Both the position numbers and the translations under genes were made by a program. The notes under the pieces were generated by a model that ran no database searches, was not told the origin of the DNA, and worked only from the letters and a program-made list of their open reading frames with translations. Shown here one piece after another: positions 1 to 8,348 of a stretch of DNA of 64,000 bases. The stretch is from the NCBI GenBank assembly GCA_963695225.1, contig OY968762.1:1632001-1696000 (forward strand), in the 5' to 3' direction. Every line of letters starts with the position of its first letter. The stretch's first letter is position 1. The DNA is from Vulcanimicrobiota bacterium. GTDB taxonomy: Bacteria; Vulcanimicrobiota; Vulcanimicrobiia; Vulcanimicrobiales; Vulcanimicrobiaceae.

Positions 1-24
1 CCAAAAGCGTCCGCAGGGGTTCCC

Positions 25-375
25 ATGCACGCGATTCTCGCTCTCACTCTGAGCGCTTTCTTGTCGTTTTTTAACATCAACGCGGGCCCGCTCGGCGGTT
101 CCGGGATCGGCTCGCACACGAACGCCGGCCCGCTCGGCGGCTCCGGAATCGGCGGGCACACGAACGCCGGACCGCTCGGCGGCTCCGGGATCGGCGGACA
201 CACGAATGCCGGTCCGCTCGGCGGCTCCGGGATCGGCTCGCAGACGAACGCCGGCCCGCTCGGCGGGTCCGGGATCGGCTCGCAGACGAACGCCGGCCCG
301 CTCGGCGGCTCCGGGATCGGCTCGCACACGAACGCCGGCCCGCTCGGCGGCTCCGGAATCGGCGGGCACCAATAA
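25..375 (+). CDS. Small exported repeat-peptide precursor: 18-aa hydrophobic leader plus 7 x 14-aa repeats
   Basis: AGGGG SD-like motif just before ATG25. Leader is MHAILALTLSAFLSFFNI. Repeat variation falls mainly at synonymous third codon positions in this frame. A terminator lies downstream. Confidence 0.85.
   Translation: MHAILALTLSAFLSFFNINAGPLGGSGIGSHTNAGPLGGSGIGGHTNAGPLGGSGIGGHTNAGPLGGSGIGSQTNAGPLGGSGIGSQTNAGPLGGSGIGSHTNAGPLGGSGIGGHQ
79..372 (+). repeat. Seven tandem 42-bp coding repeats
   Basis: Units start at 79, 121, 163, 205, 247, 289 and 331; consensus aacgccggcccgctcggcggctccgggatcggc(tcg/ggR)ca(c/g)acg. There are no spacers. Confidence 0.98.
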
Positions 376-430
376 CCGATAACAGGTAAGTCGGCGGTCG
401 ACTAAAGTATTGTCGGCCACCGACCGAAAT

Positions 431-475
431 GCCAGGGAGCAGACTCCGTTTTGGAGCCTGTTCTCTGGCTTTTTT
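431..475 (+). terminator. Rho-independent terminator after the repeat-peptide gene
   Basis: Stem gccagggagcag-a-ctcc / ggag-c-ctgttctctggc with G-U pairs, followed by a run of six T. Confidence 0.85.
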
Positions 476-697
476 GGGGTCCAGCCCACGTATCGTGAAT
501 CTTTGCGAGTTCGTCCGGCAGGCCAAGTCGAGCGCCTTCGTTCCTAAGGGGGCGAGATTTACTGCGCGAGGGCGATCTTTCGCGAGGTCATGCCCGGCCC
601 AGACGCTCGCCGAGCTAAGCACGAGACAGCGCTCCCGACGCGCTACGGCTACCCGCTGCTACGACAGCCTCTCCTCCCTACCAGGACAGGACTGACG

Positions 698-2044
698 ATG
701 GCACTGGCGATTCGCAGCGAGGGGCATTGGGCAGACGAGGCCCGAGCAGTCTATTATGCGGGCCGCTACCGCGACTTCTTAGCGATGGTCGAAGGCGAAT
801 CTTCAGCGCTCACGCCCAGCCTTCAACTGCTGGTGGCGAAGGCGCTATCGCGGATCGGCCGATGGAGGGAGAGTCTCCAGCAGCTCAAGGAACTCAGCGA
901 TCCAACTCGCTTCGGTGTGGAAGCAGCGGTACACGCAATCCTGCAGCGCGCCGTCGCAGAGGTCACTGCCGGCAGCCAAGCGGGCGTCATGGCGTGCCTG
1001 GGCGAAGCGGCGCGTCTCGTATCCGCAAGTTACGATCCCGAACTCGAGTGCAGATTGCAACTTTATCGTGCTATGCACGCGTGGGCCACTCGCGATTTCT
1101 CGGCGACTGAAACCTATTCACGTAGCGCGATGTCGTCCACAAATCCTGAAACGCTCGCGCTAGCCGGCCAGTTTCTCGGGTTCGTTGCGGCAAGCCGCGG
1201 GCGTTACATGGAGCAGATCGCCATCCTCGAGAGCGCTCTGGCCGAACTCGACAGAATGTCGAATTGCGACATTTGGATAGAAGTCTCGATCCTGCAAAAC
1301 ATCTCCGGCATCATTCAAGATCTCTATCTGCCCGCGGTCGCGCGGCGAATGTCCGATCGAGCCGAAGCGATCGAATGGACCGAGGAACTCACGGTCCCTC
1401 GCTACCACGTGTTGCGCTCCCTCGCGTACTTCCGCTCGCTCGGGAGCGATCCGTTCCTGCCGTTCGAGTACCTGGACCGTGCCTGCGCGATCGCGCCGAC
1501 CGACACGTGGAAGCTCGTCTCACGGCTCGACAGGCTCTTCTTGTTCCAGGAGATGAGCGGAGACCGCATCCTCAAAGACTACAATGCCGCGAAAGAGCTG
1601 CAGCACGCGGAGGACCTTGCCGCCCGCATCGATTGGAGCACGGCTCACGGCGAGGACCATTTCGGCTTGCTCCTGCTTGCGGAAATCTTGTCCAAGAGCC
1701 GCCCGCGCGACGCCGCGGCTTATCTAGCGCAATATCGCAGATACCAACAATCGATGTCGCCGATCCTCATGGCAAGATCGGACGCGCGCTGGACCGCGAC
1801 CGAAGACTTCGTCGAAGGGATCGTCGTCGCGGCAAACGGGGACGCGGCTCGCGGGGTCGAGCTGATCGGAAAAGCGTTCGCGTTCTGGGACGACGTCGGC
1901 TACTCGTGGCGCGCGACGCGGGCTGCCATCAAGCTCTACGAGTTGACCGGAGAGGAGCGGCACATCGATTGGGCGTTCCGGGAGTCCCGGCGTTACCCGT
2001 ATTCGTGGCTCAGCGACGCCGTGTCGCGCGCCGGCCACCGCTGA
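698..2044 (+). CDS. TPR-like all-helical protein, paralog 1
   Basis: ATG698 follows an AGGA motif (the ORF is open from 590). Ala/Leu-rich helical repeats. Shares the blocks GQFLGFVAASRGRYMEQIAI, NISG and GYSWRATRAA with the next two genes. Confidence 0.85.
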   Translation: MALAIRSEGHWADEARAVYYAGRYRDFLAMVEGESSALTPSLQLLVAKALSRIGRWRESLQQLKELSDPTRFGVEAAVHAILQRAVAEVTAGSQAGVMACLGEAARLVSASYDPELECRLQLYRAMHAWATRDFSATETYSRSAMSSTNPETLALAGQFLGFVAASRGRYMEQIAILESALAELDRMSNCDIWIEVSILQNISGIIQDLYLPAVARRMSDRAEAIEWTEELTVPRYHVLRSLAYFRSLGSDPFLPFEYLDRACAIAPTDTWKLVSRLDRLFLFQEMSGDRILKDYNAAKELQHAEDLAARIDWSTAHGEDHFGLLLLAEILSKSRPRDAAAYLAQYRRYQQSMSPILMARSDARWTATEDFVEGIVVAANGDAARGVELIGKAFAFWDDVGYSWRATRAAIKLYELTGEERHIDWAFRESRRYPYSWLSDAVSRAGHR

Positions 2045-2157
2045 GCGCGTACCGTCCGGCCGCAAGTAAGGGTTGGGACTCGCCGCGCCGAACTCCCGGT
2101 CGGCAAGCATAGTTGTCCGGCGCGATCTCGCGCACCCCGGGCTTGCGGACGGCGTAT

Positions 2158-3510
2158 GTGACCGAGCACGACACGAACGGTTGGGGGGATACGGACGCGC
2201 GGACGCTCTTCCTGTCCGGCCGGTACTCCGACTTTCTCGACGCGGTCGAGACGTCCGATCCGCGCGCGATGCCGCCGGAAACGCGGCTGCTCGCAGCAAA
2301 GGCGCTCGCGCGCACGAACCGGGCGCCGGAGGCGGTCGAGATCCTTCAGTCGCTCTCAGACCCCGAAACGGTGGGCCTCGAACTGGCGGCGCAAGCCGCG
2401 CTGCACCGGACCGTGGCCTCGCTCGTGCTCGGGCAGGACGACAACGCCCGCGCTTGCATCGAGACCGCGGAACGCCTCGTCGCCGCAAGCCGCTGCGCCG
2501 AACTCGAAGCCCAATTACGGTTGCACCAAGCGCTCATGGCGTGGGCGAAGCGCGATTTCGCTGCGACCGAAACGTTCGCACGAAGCGCGATGTCTTCGGT
2601 CAGCGCGGAGACGCTGGCGCTGGCCGGGCAGTTTCTCGGGTTCGTTGCCGCGAGCCGCGGCCGGTATATGGAGCAGATCGCGATCTCGGAGGGCGCGCTC
2701 GCGGAACTCGACACGGTCCGCGAGCGAGATATCTGGATCGAAGTCTCCATCCTGCATAACATCTCCGGGATCATCGCCGATTTGTACTTGCCGGCAGTCG
2801 CCCGAAGAATGTCCGATCGGGCGGAAGCGATCGAATGGCCGAACGAGTTCAACGTTCAGCGCCACGTCATCTTGCGCGCGCTCGCATATTCCCGCTCGCT
2901 CGGCAGCGATCCGTTCTTGCCCTTCGAGTATTTGGACCGGGCGGCGGCCTTTGCGCCGACGGACGCATGGAAGCTCGTCTCCCGGCTCGATCGCATCTTC
3001 ATGATCCAAGAGATGAGCGGCGACCGGATCGTCAAGGATTTCGACGTTGCCGCGGAGCTCCGGCTTGCCGAAGAATCGGCGCAAAAGCTCGATTGGCGCA
3101 ACGCGGACGGCGAGGAGCGCTTCGCGCTAACTCTGCTCGCCGAAATCCTGGCCGACCAGCGCCCCAAAGACGCTGCAAAGTATCTCCAGCTCTATCGCGA
3201 TTCCCAGCAAGCCGTGTCGCCGCTGCTGATGGCGAAATCCGACGCTCGCAACTTCGCAACCGAAGATTTCGTCGAAGGGATCGTCGTTGCGGCGAACGGC
3301 GATACGCAGCGCGGCATCCGACTCGTCGGCAAGGCGTTCGAGTTCTGGGACGATGTCGGGTATTCGTGGCGCGCGACGCGCGCGGCGCTCAAGCTGTATC
3401 AGTTGAGCGGCGAAGAACGCCACATCGAATGGGCGTTCCGCGAGTCGCGCCGTTATCCGTATTCGTGGTTGAGCGAGGCCGTTTCGCGTGCCGGTCATCG
3501 TAAGACGTAG
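2158..3510 (+). CDS. TPR-like all-helical protein, paralog 2
   Basis: Collinear with paralog 1 along its whole length. GTG2158 was chosen as start by alignment (the ORF is open from 2113). Confidence 0.85.
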   Translation: MTEHDTNGWGDTDARTLFLSGRYSDFLDAVETSDPRAMPPETRLLAAKALARTNRAPEAVEILQSLSDPETVGLELAAQAALHRTVASLVLGQDDNARACIETAERLVAASRCAELEAQLRLHQALMAWAKRDFAATETFARSAMSSVSAETLALAGQFLGFVAASRGRYMEQIAISEGALAELDTVRERDIWIEVSILHNISGIIADLYLPAVARRMSDRAEAIEWPNEFNVQRHVILRALAYSRSLGSDPFLPFEYLDRAAAFAPTDAWKLVSRLDRIFMIQEMSGDRIVKDFDVAAELRLAEESAQKLDWRNADGEERFALTLLAEILADQRPKDAAKYLQLYRDSQQAVSPLLMAKSDARNFATEDFVEGIVVAANGDTQRGIRLVGKAFEFWDDVGYSWRATRAALKLYQLSGEERHIEWAFRESRRYPYSWLSEAVSRAGHRKT

Positions 3511-3616
3511 TTTCAGCTCTCTTACAAATTAAGCAATCCTCCCCGTGGACCGATACTCAACTGTAAGTCCGTCCTGCCTTCCTGCCGGCCGGTGGCGCCG
3601 CACCGCGTGAGTTCCA

Positions 3617-5008
3617 GTGCCCGCTGACGTAACACCCGCGCTCGAACGAGCGCACGCGCTGTTCTATAGGGGTCGTTATTCCGACTTCTTATCGGCATTC
3701 GCCGAATATCGCGCGGCGGGCGTGCACTCGCCTGCGACGACGCTCCTCGCTTCTGTGGCACTCGCGCGCAGAGGGCAAGCGCGCGAGGCGATCGAGTTCC
3801 TGCGCCTCATCGAAGACCCGAACGAGTACGGCCTCGAGGTCGCGATCGAGTCGCTCCTGCTCCAAAGCTGGGCCGAGCTCGTCGATCGAAATCCGGAACG
3901 GGCCACCGCCCGCGTCGAGCGGGCCGTCGCGCTTTCGGCCGGCGTCGGCGACACGGAGATCGCGTGTCGCATCGCCCTATGCCGGGCGCTGCACGCTTGG
4001 ACCGAGCGCGATATCGCGCGCGCCGAAGCGCTCGCACACGTCGCGATGTCGTCGACGAAAGGCGCGACGTTCGGCCCGGCGGCGCAGCTCCTGGGCTTCG
4101 CAGCCGCAAGCTGCGGCCGTTACATGGAGCAGATTGCGATTCTGGAGGCGACGCTCGCCCAGCTCGACCGGTGCCGGCACACCGATATGTGGCTCGAAGC
4201 ATCGCTGCTGCAAAACATCTCGGGCGTCGTCGCCGATTTTGCGCTGCCCGCTGTGGCGCGCCGCCTCTCCGAACGCACGCAGTCCATCGATTGGAGCGAG
4301 GAGACGGCCGTTCCGCTGTATCACATCTTGCGCTCGCTCTCCTACGCTCGCGTGTACGGAAGCGATCCGTCCGCGCCGCTCGAGTATCTCGAGCGCGCGG
4401 AGAACGTCGTCCCAAGCGACGCCTGGCGGCTCCTGGCGCTGCTCGACCGGATTCTCCTCGGCACGGAACTCGGCGCCCGGCGTCGCGCAGACGGCTTCGA
4501 CGTCGCGAACGCGCTCCGCGAAGCGCGGGAGCTGGCGGAGCGCGTCGATTGGCCGCAAATGCGCGGCGAAGAGTGCGTCGGGTTGCTCACGCTCGCCGAC
4601 TTACTCGCTCCCGAATGTCCGCAGGACGCCGCCCGGTATCTCGCGCGCTTTCGAGCGCTCAAAGAGAACCTCTCGCGTTCGCTGATGGCGCATTCCGACG
4701 CACGCTGGTCGGCGGCGGAGAATTACGTCGAGGGAGTGATCGCGGCGAGCCTCGATCCGGCGCGCGGCGTCGCACCGATCGCCGAAGCGTTCGCATTCTG
4801 GGAGAACGTCGGCTACTCGTGGCGCGCGACACGCGCCGCGCTCAAGCTCCACGAGCTGACCGGCGAACGCCGCTATCTCGATTGGGCGGATCGCGAGTCG
4901 CGGCTCTATCCGTTCTCCTGGATCGGCGACGCCGTCACCCGGGCGCGCGGACGGCGGCTAGCGCCTTTAGCCGGTTCCGGAGCGCGGCGCCGCAGCGACG
5001 AAGCGTGA
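3617..5008 (+). CDS. TPR-like all-helical protein, paralog 3 (more diverged)
   Basis: Same blocks as the other two: GRYSDFL, GRYMEQIAILE, LQNISG, GYSWRATRAALKL, RESRLYPFSW. Confidence 0.85.
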   Translation: MPADVTPALERAHALFYRGRYSDFLSAFAEYRAAGVHSPATTLLASVALARRGQAREAIEFLRLIEDPNEYGLEVAIESLLLQSWAELVDRNPERATARVERAVALSAGVGDTEIACRIALCRALHAWTERDIARAEALAHVAMSSTKGATFGPAAQLLGFAAASCGRYMEQIAILEATLAQLDRCRHTDMWLEASLLQNISGVVADFALPAVARRLSERTQSIDWSEETAVPLYHILRSLSYARVYGSDPSAPLEYLERAENVVPSDAWRLLALLDRILLGTELGARRRADGFDVANALREARELAERVDWPQMRGEECVGLLTLADLLAPECPQDAARYLARFRALKENLSRSLMAHSDARWSAAENYVEGVIAASLDPARGVAPIAEAFAFWENVGYSWRATRAALKLHELTGERRYLDWADRESRLYPFSWIGDAVTRARGRRLAPLAGSGARRRSDEA

Positions 5009-5650
5009 CACGTTCGCATCCAGGTTCGTAAGCGCCGTGCCGACGACGACGGCACTCGCACCGGCTGCAAACGCGGCGGTGACGCTCGCCGGGTCGCCGA
5101 CGCCGCCTTCGCAGATGACGAACGAGTGGAACCGGCTGAAGCGATGGACCAGGTCGAGCGCGGGCAACGCCCGGCCGCGCGTCTCCCGCGTGTAGCCCGC
5201 GAGCGTCGTCGCGATGATGTCGGCCCCCGCTTCCGCCGCGTCGCGCGCTTCGTCTTCCGTCGAACAATCCGCCATCGCGAGCTTCGCCCGGCGGTGGATC
5301 TCGTTGATCGACGCGCGAATCCCGGCGCCGTCGAAGCGCGGCCGTTCCGTCGCATCGAAGGCGACGACGTGAGATCCCGCCAGCGCGGCTTCGGCGATCT
5401 CCTCGAGCGTCGAGGTGATGTACGGCTCGAATCCTTCGTGGACGCGCTTGATGATCCCGAGGATCGGCGCGTCGATCGCGCCGCGCACCGCGGCGATGCG
5501 TGCCGCCCCTTCGATGCGGACGCCGGCCGCGCCGTTCGCGATCGCGCAGCGCGCCAAGGTCGCGATCGTGAGCGGCGCGTTCAACACCGAATCCGGGTTC
5601 GCTTGAACCGAGACGATGAGGCCGCCGCGCAAGCGCTCGAGTACGTTCAT
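4967..5650 (-). CDS. nanE: N-acetylmannosamine-6-phosphate 2-epimerase
   Basis: Motifs GLIVSVQA, GAAGVRIEG, PILGIIKR, YITST, TTLAGYT, ICEGG, VVVGTALT; ATGA overlap with the upstream gene. Confidence 0.92.
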   Translation of the reverse strand: MNVLERLRGGLIVSVQANPDSVLNAPLTIATLARCAIANGAAGVRIEGAARIAAVRGAIDAPILGIIKRVHEGFEPYITSTLEEIAEAALAGSHVVAFDATERPRFDGAGIRASINEIHRRAKLAMADCSTEDEARDAAEAGADIIATTLAGYTRETRGRALPALDLVHRFSRFHSFVICEGGVGDPASVTAAFAAGASAVVVGTALTNLDANVSRFVAAAPRSGTG

Positions 5651-6582
5651 CCGCGCACTCCCGAGGGCGCCGCGGCCGCTCGATAGGCCAGCAACAAGGC
5701 TCCTTCGACCGGCGAGCGGCGCGGGGCCCGCACGTCGTACGTTTCGCCGGCGAGCGCGAGCGCGAAGCGCTCGCGGATCGCCGGCTCCGCGAAGAGGCCG
5801 CCGGAGTAGGAAACGCGACGGGGCCGCTCCGGCGCCAAACGCGCATCGGCGACGGTGACGAGTTGCGCCAGACGGGCTACAGCTTCGTCGACGAGTTCCC
5901 CGGCCGCCTCGCATTCGGTGCGGTCCGTTCGCACGAGCGTCATCGCGAATTCCGCGATCGCGCCGCGCGAGAGCGCGCCGCTCGCGAAGCCGTGTTGGAT
6001 CTCGCGCAAGGAACGGACGCCGAAGTGCTCGCGCACGAGCTTGACGAGCGCGTGGTCGGCGCGGCTCGCGAAATTCCCGCGATCCCGGGCGCGCATCGCT
6101 CGCGCGATCGCGTTGCGTGCGAGCCGGAACGCACTGCCTTCGTCGCCGAACATATAGCCCCAGCCGCCGACCCGCAGGCTGCGGCCCGCGGAGTCGGTCG
6201 CGAGGGCGGCGCTTCCGGTTCCGGCGATCACGACGATTCCCGGCTCTCCGCCGAGCGCCCCGGCGTGCGCGATCTCGCCGTCGTGCACGAAGCGGAGCAG
6301 TTCGATCGCGCTTTGCGGCGGCGCGGCCTCGATCTCGTAGCCGTCATACCCGCTCAGGCCCGCGACGAGCGCGCGCAAGCGCGGCAAGCCCGTCAGTCCG
6401 GCTTGGGGCCACGCGGCGGCGAGCAGCGCATCGATCGCGTCGGCTCGGCGGCGGGAACCCGGCGCTTCGCCCACGAGATCGCAGGCGGGGCCGCGCACAC
6501 GGACCGATTTCGTGCCGGCCTCGTTCGCCAGGATGAGATCGCTCCCGGATTGCCCCCCGTCGATGCCGGCAAACCACGTCAC
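5647..6582 (-). CDS. BadF/BadG/BcrA/BcrD-family sugar kinase (GlcNAc/MurNAc kinase-like)
   Basis: Motifs GIDGGQS, IAGTGS, VGGWGYMFGDEGSA, YSGG; GTGA overlap at 6579-6582. Confidence 0.88.
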   Translation of the reverse strand: MTWFAGIDGGQSGSDLILANEAGTKSVRVRGPACDLVGEAPGSRRRADAIDALLAAAWPQAGLTGLPRLRALVAGLSGYDGYEIEAAPPQSAIELLRFVHDGEIAHAGALGGEPGIVVIAGTGSAALATDSAGRSLRVGGWGYMFGDEGSAFRLARNAIARAMRARDRGNFASRADHALVKLVREHFGVRSLREIQHGFASGALSRGAIAEFAMTLVRTDRTECEAAGELVDEAVARLAQLVTVADARLAPERPRRVSYSGGLFAEPAIRERFALALAGETYDVRAPRRSPVEGALLLAYRAAAAPSGVRG

Positions 6583-6914
6583 GGCGCAAACCACCGCTCG
6601 AACGAGGCCGCCGGCACGCCGCTTTCCGCCTCGGCGCGAGCGTGCGCGCGCCGCTCGTCCGCGCCGCGATCCGCCCCGCGGTCTTCGGCATGTGCGAGTT
6701 CGTGCGCGATCGCGTAAGCGAGAAACGCCTCCGCCGCCTCGTCTCCGGCGCGTTCGCGAACGCGCGCCAGCGCCCCGCGGTCGATGCGAATCGTGCGCTC
6801 GGCCGGGTCGCGTTCGGCGAACAGGCGCGCGCGCGCGCCCCAGGTCCCGAGATCCGCGAGCACTGCCACGTATCCGCCGGCGGCCGCGCGCGCCGCGAGC
6901 GCGGCGGGGATCAC
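6579..6914 (-). CDS. Small hypothetical protein with HExxH motif (zincin-like)
   Basis: 111 aa with AYAIAHELAH and a downstream E (ADERRA); coupled by GTGA overlaps on both sides. Confidence 0.65.
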   Translation of the reverse strand: MIPAALAARAAAGGYVAVLADLGTWGARARLFAERDPAERTIRIDRGALARVRERAGDEAAEAFLAYAIAHELAHAEDRGADRGADERRAHARAEAESGVPAASFERWFAP

Positions 6915-8290
6915 GCGGGCATCTCCGCCGGACGGCGTAGATCGACGCCCGCGCCCGCCAGACGCCGCCGCAGTTCGCCCGTGTCGATCGCGCGCGGCTC
7001 GACGCCGCTCTCCAGCGCGGAATGCGCCGCGGTACCGGCCGCTTGGCCGAGCGTCATGACGGTCGGCGTGAGGCGCGTCGAGGCCAGCGCCTCGTGCGTC
7101 GTCGAAATGCAGCGGCCCGCCACGATCAAGCCGTCGACGCGTTCGGGGACGAGGCAGCGATAGGGAATCTCGTAGCTCCCGCCGGGCGCGAGGCGGTGCG
7201 TCGTCGTCCCGCTTCCCGAAGGGTTGTGGATGTCGATCGGATACGCGCTGCGAGCGACCGCATCGTCGAACGTGCGCCCGGAGAGCACGTCGCCCCGCGT
7301 GAGCGTGTACGCACCCACGATGCGGCGCGATTCGCGGATCCCGATCTGCGCCGCCGTCGCCGCGATGCGCGCGTTCTCGAAACCCGGGACGTCGCGCCGG
7401 AAGAATTCGAGCAGTTCCATTACCTGCCCGCGCGCTTCGATCTCCGCGCGCGTCAAATCGTCGGGATCGAGCGGATCGATATCGACGACGCGCGTCATGT
7501 TCACCGTCACCTCGTCGGGATACGGCGAGATGAAGAACGAGACCAGCTCGCGCGGAACGTGCACGGCGCCGCGCGCTTGCGCGGCGTGCCACAGGTCGTA
7601 GAGCCCGGCGACCGCCGTCAGCGCGGCGGGCGTGCGCTCGCCCGGCGGCAGGCTCGTGCGCATCTGGTCGGGATGCGCGCGGACGTACGCGGCGGTCGCG
7701 CTCAAGTCGACGTGACTCAAGCGGAACATCAAACTCGCCGGCTGCACGCAGCCTCGATCGTCGCCTTGCTGCACTTCGACGCCCGCCGACGCCGCCACGT
7801 AGGCGTCGGCCGTCGCGTCGATCGTCTGCCCGGCGCGCAACTCGCGCGTTCCGCCGACCGTCGCGAAGCGCCCGCCGGCAACCCGCCCGCGCTCGTCTTT
7901 GAGGGCGTCCAGGAAATAGGCGTGGAGCAGCAGCCGGACTCCCGATTCGCTCATCATCTCGAACAGGAGCGCCTTATGGATCTCCGGATCGAACGGAGTA
8001 ATCGTCGGGACGTAGGCGGACGCATCGGGGATGTGCCCGGGCGAAGCGCCGCGCGCGACGAGCCGCTCGACGATCTCTTGCGCGATCCCGCCGACGATCC
8101 GCTCCTTTCCGGAGTGGAACGTCATCCACGGGCCGACCATCCCGGCCGTCGCCGTCCCGCCCAAGAATCCGTAGCGTTCGACGAGCGTCGTGCGCGCGCC
8201 GCAGCGTGCGGCGGCGATCGCCGCCGCGCAGCCGGCGTTCCCGCCGCCGATCACGAGCACGTCGCTCGACGCCGGCACGCAATTTTTCAT
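6911..8290 (-). CDS. FAD-dependent oxidoreductase (FAD_oxidored family)
   Basis: Motifs DVLVIGGGNAG, ERYGFLGG, IDATADA, GIRESRRI, YPIDIH, YEIPYRCLVP, AGRCIS, GQAAG. Confidence 0.9.
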   Translation of the reverse strand: MKNCVPASSDVLVIGGGNAGCAAAIAAARCGARTTLVERYGFLGGTATAGMVGPWMTFHSGKERIVGGIAQEIVERLVARGASPGHIPDASAYVPTITPFDPEIHKALLFEMMSESGVRLLLHAYFLDALKDERGRVAGGRFATVGGTRELRAGQTIDATADAYVAASAGVEVQQGDDRGCVQPASLMFRLSHVDLSATAAYVRAHPDQMRTSLPPGERTPAALTAVAGLYDLWHAAQARGAVHVPRELVSFFISPYPDEVTVNMTRVVDIDPLDPDDLTRAEIEARGQVMELLEFFRRDVPGFENARIAATAAQIGIRESRRIVGAYTLTRGDVLSGRTFDDAVARSAYPIDIHNPSGSGTTTHRLAPGGSYEIPYRCLVPERVDGLIVAGRCISTTHEALASTRLTPTVMTLGQAAGTAAHSALESGVEPRAIDTGELRRRLAGAGVDLRRPAEMPA

Positions 8291-8348
8291 CGCGCGGTTG
8301 ATTTCCGTGCGGGACCTGTCGATCTTTCCCGATAGGAGGCTGCTTGTC

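Noticed and set aside
79..372. 42-bp repeats as a CRISPR array
   Set aside because: The units are contiguous with no unique spacers, they vary at synonymous codon positions, and no cas genes are present
79..372. Repeat protein as collagen-like or ice-nucleation protein
   Set aside because: No continuous Gly-X-Y register and no AGYGST-type repeat; the protein is too short
77..622. Arg/Ser-rich antisense ORF over the repeat
   Set aside because: A shadow of the plus-strand repeat; synonymous variation supports only the plus frame
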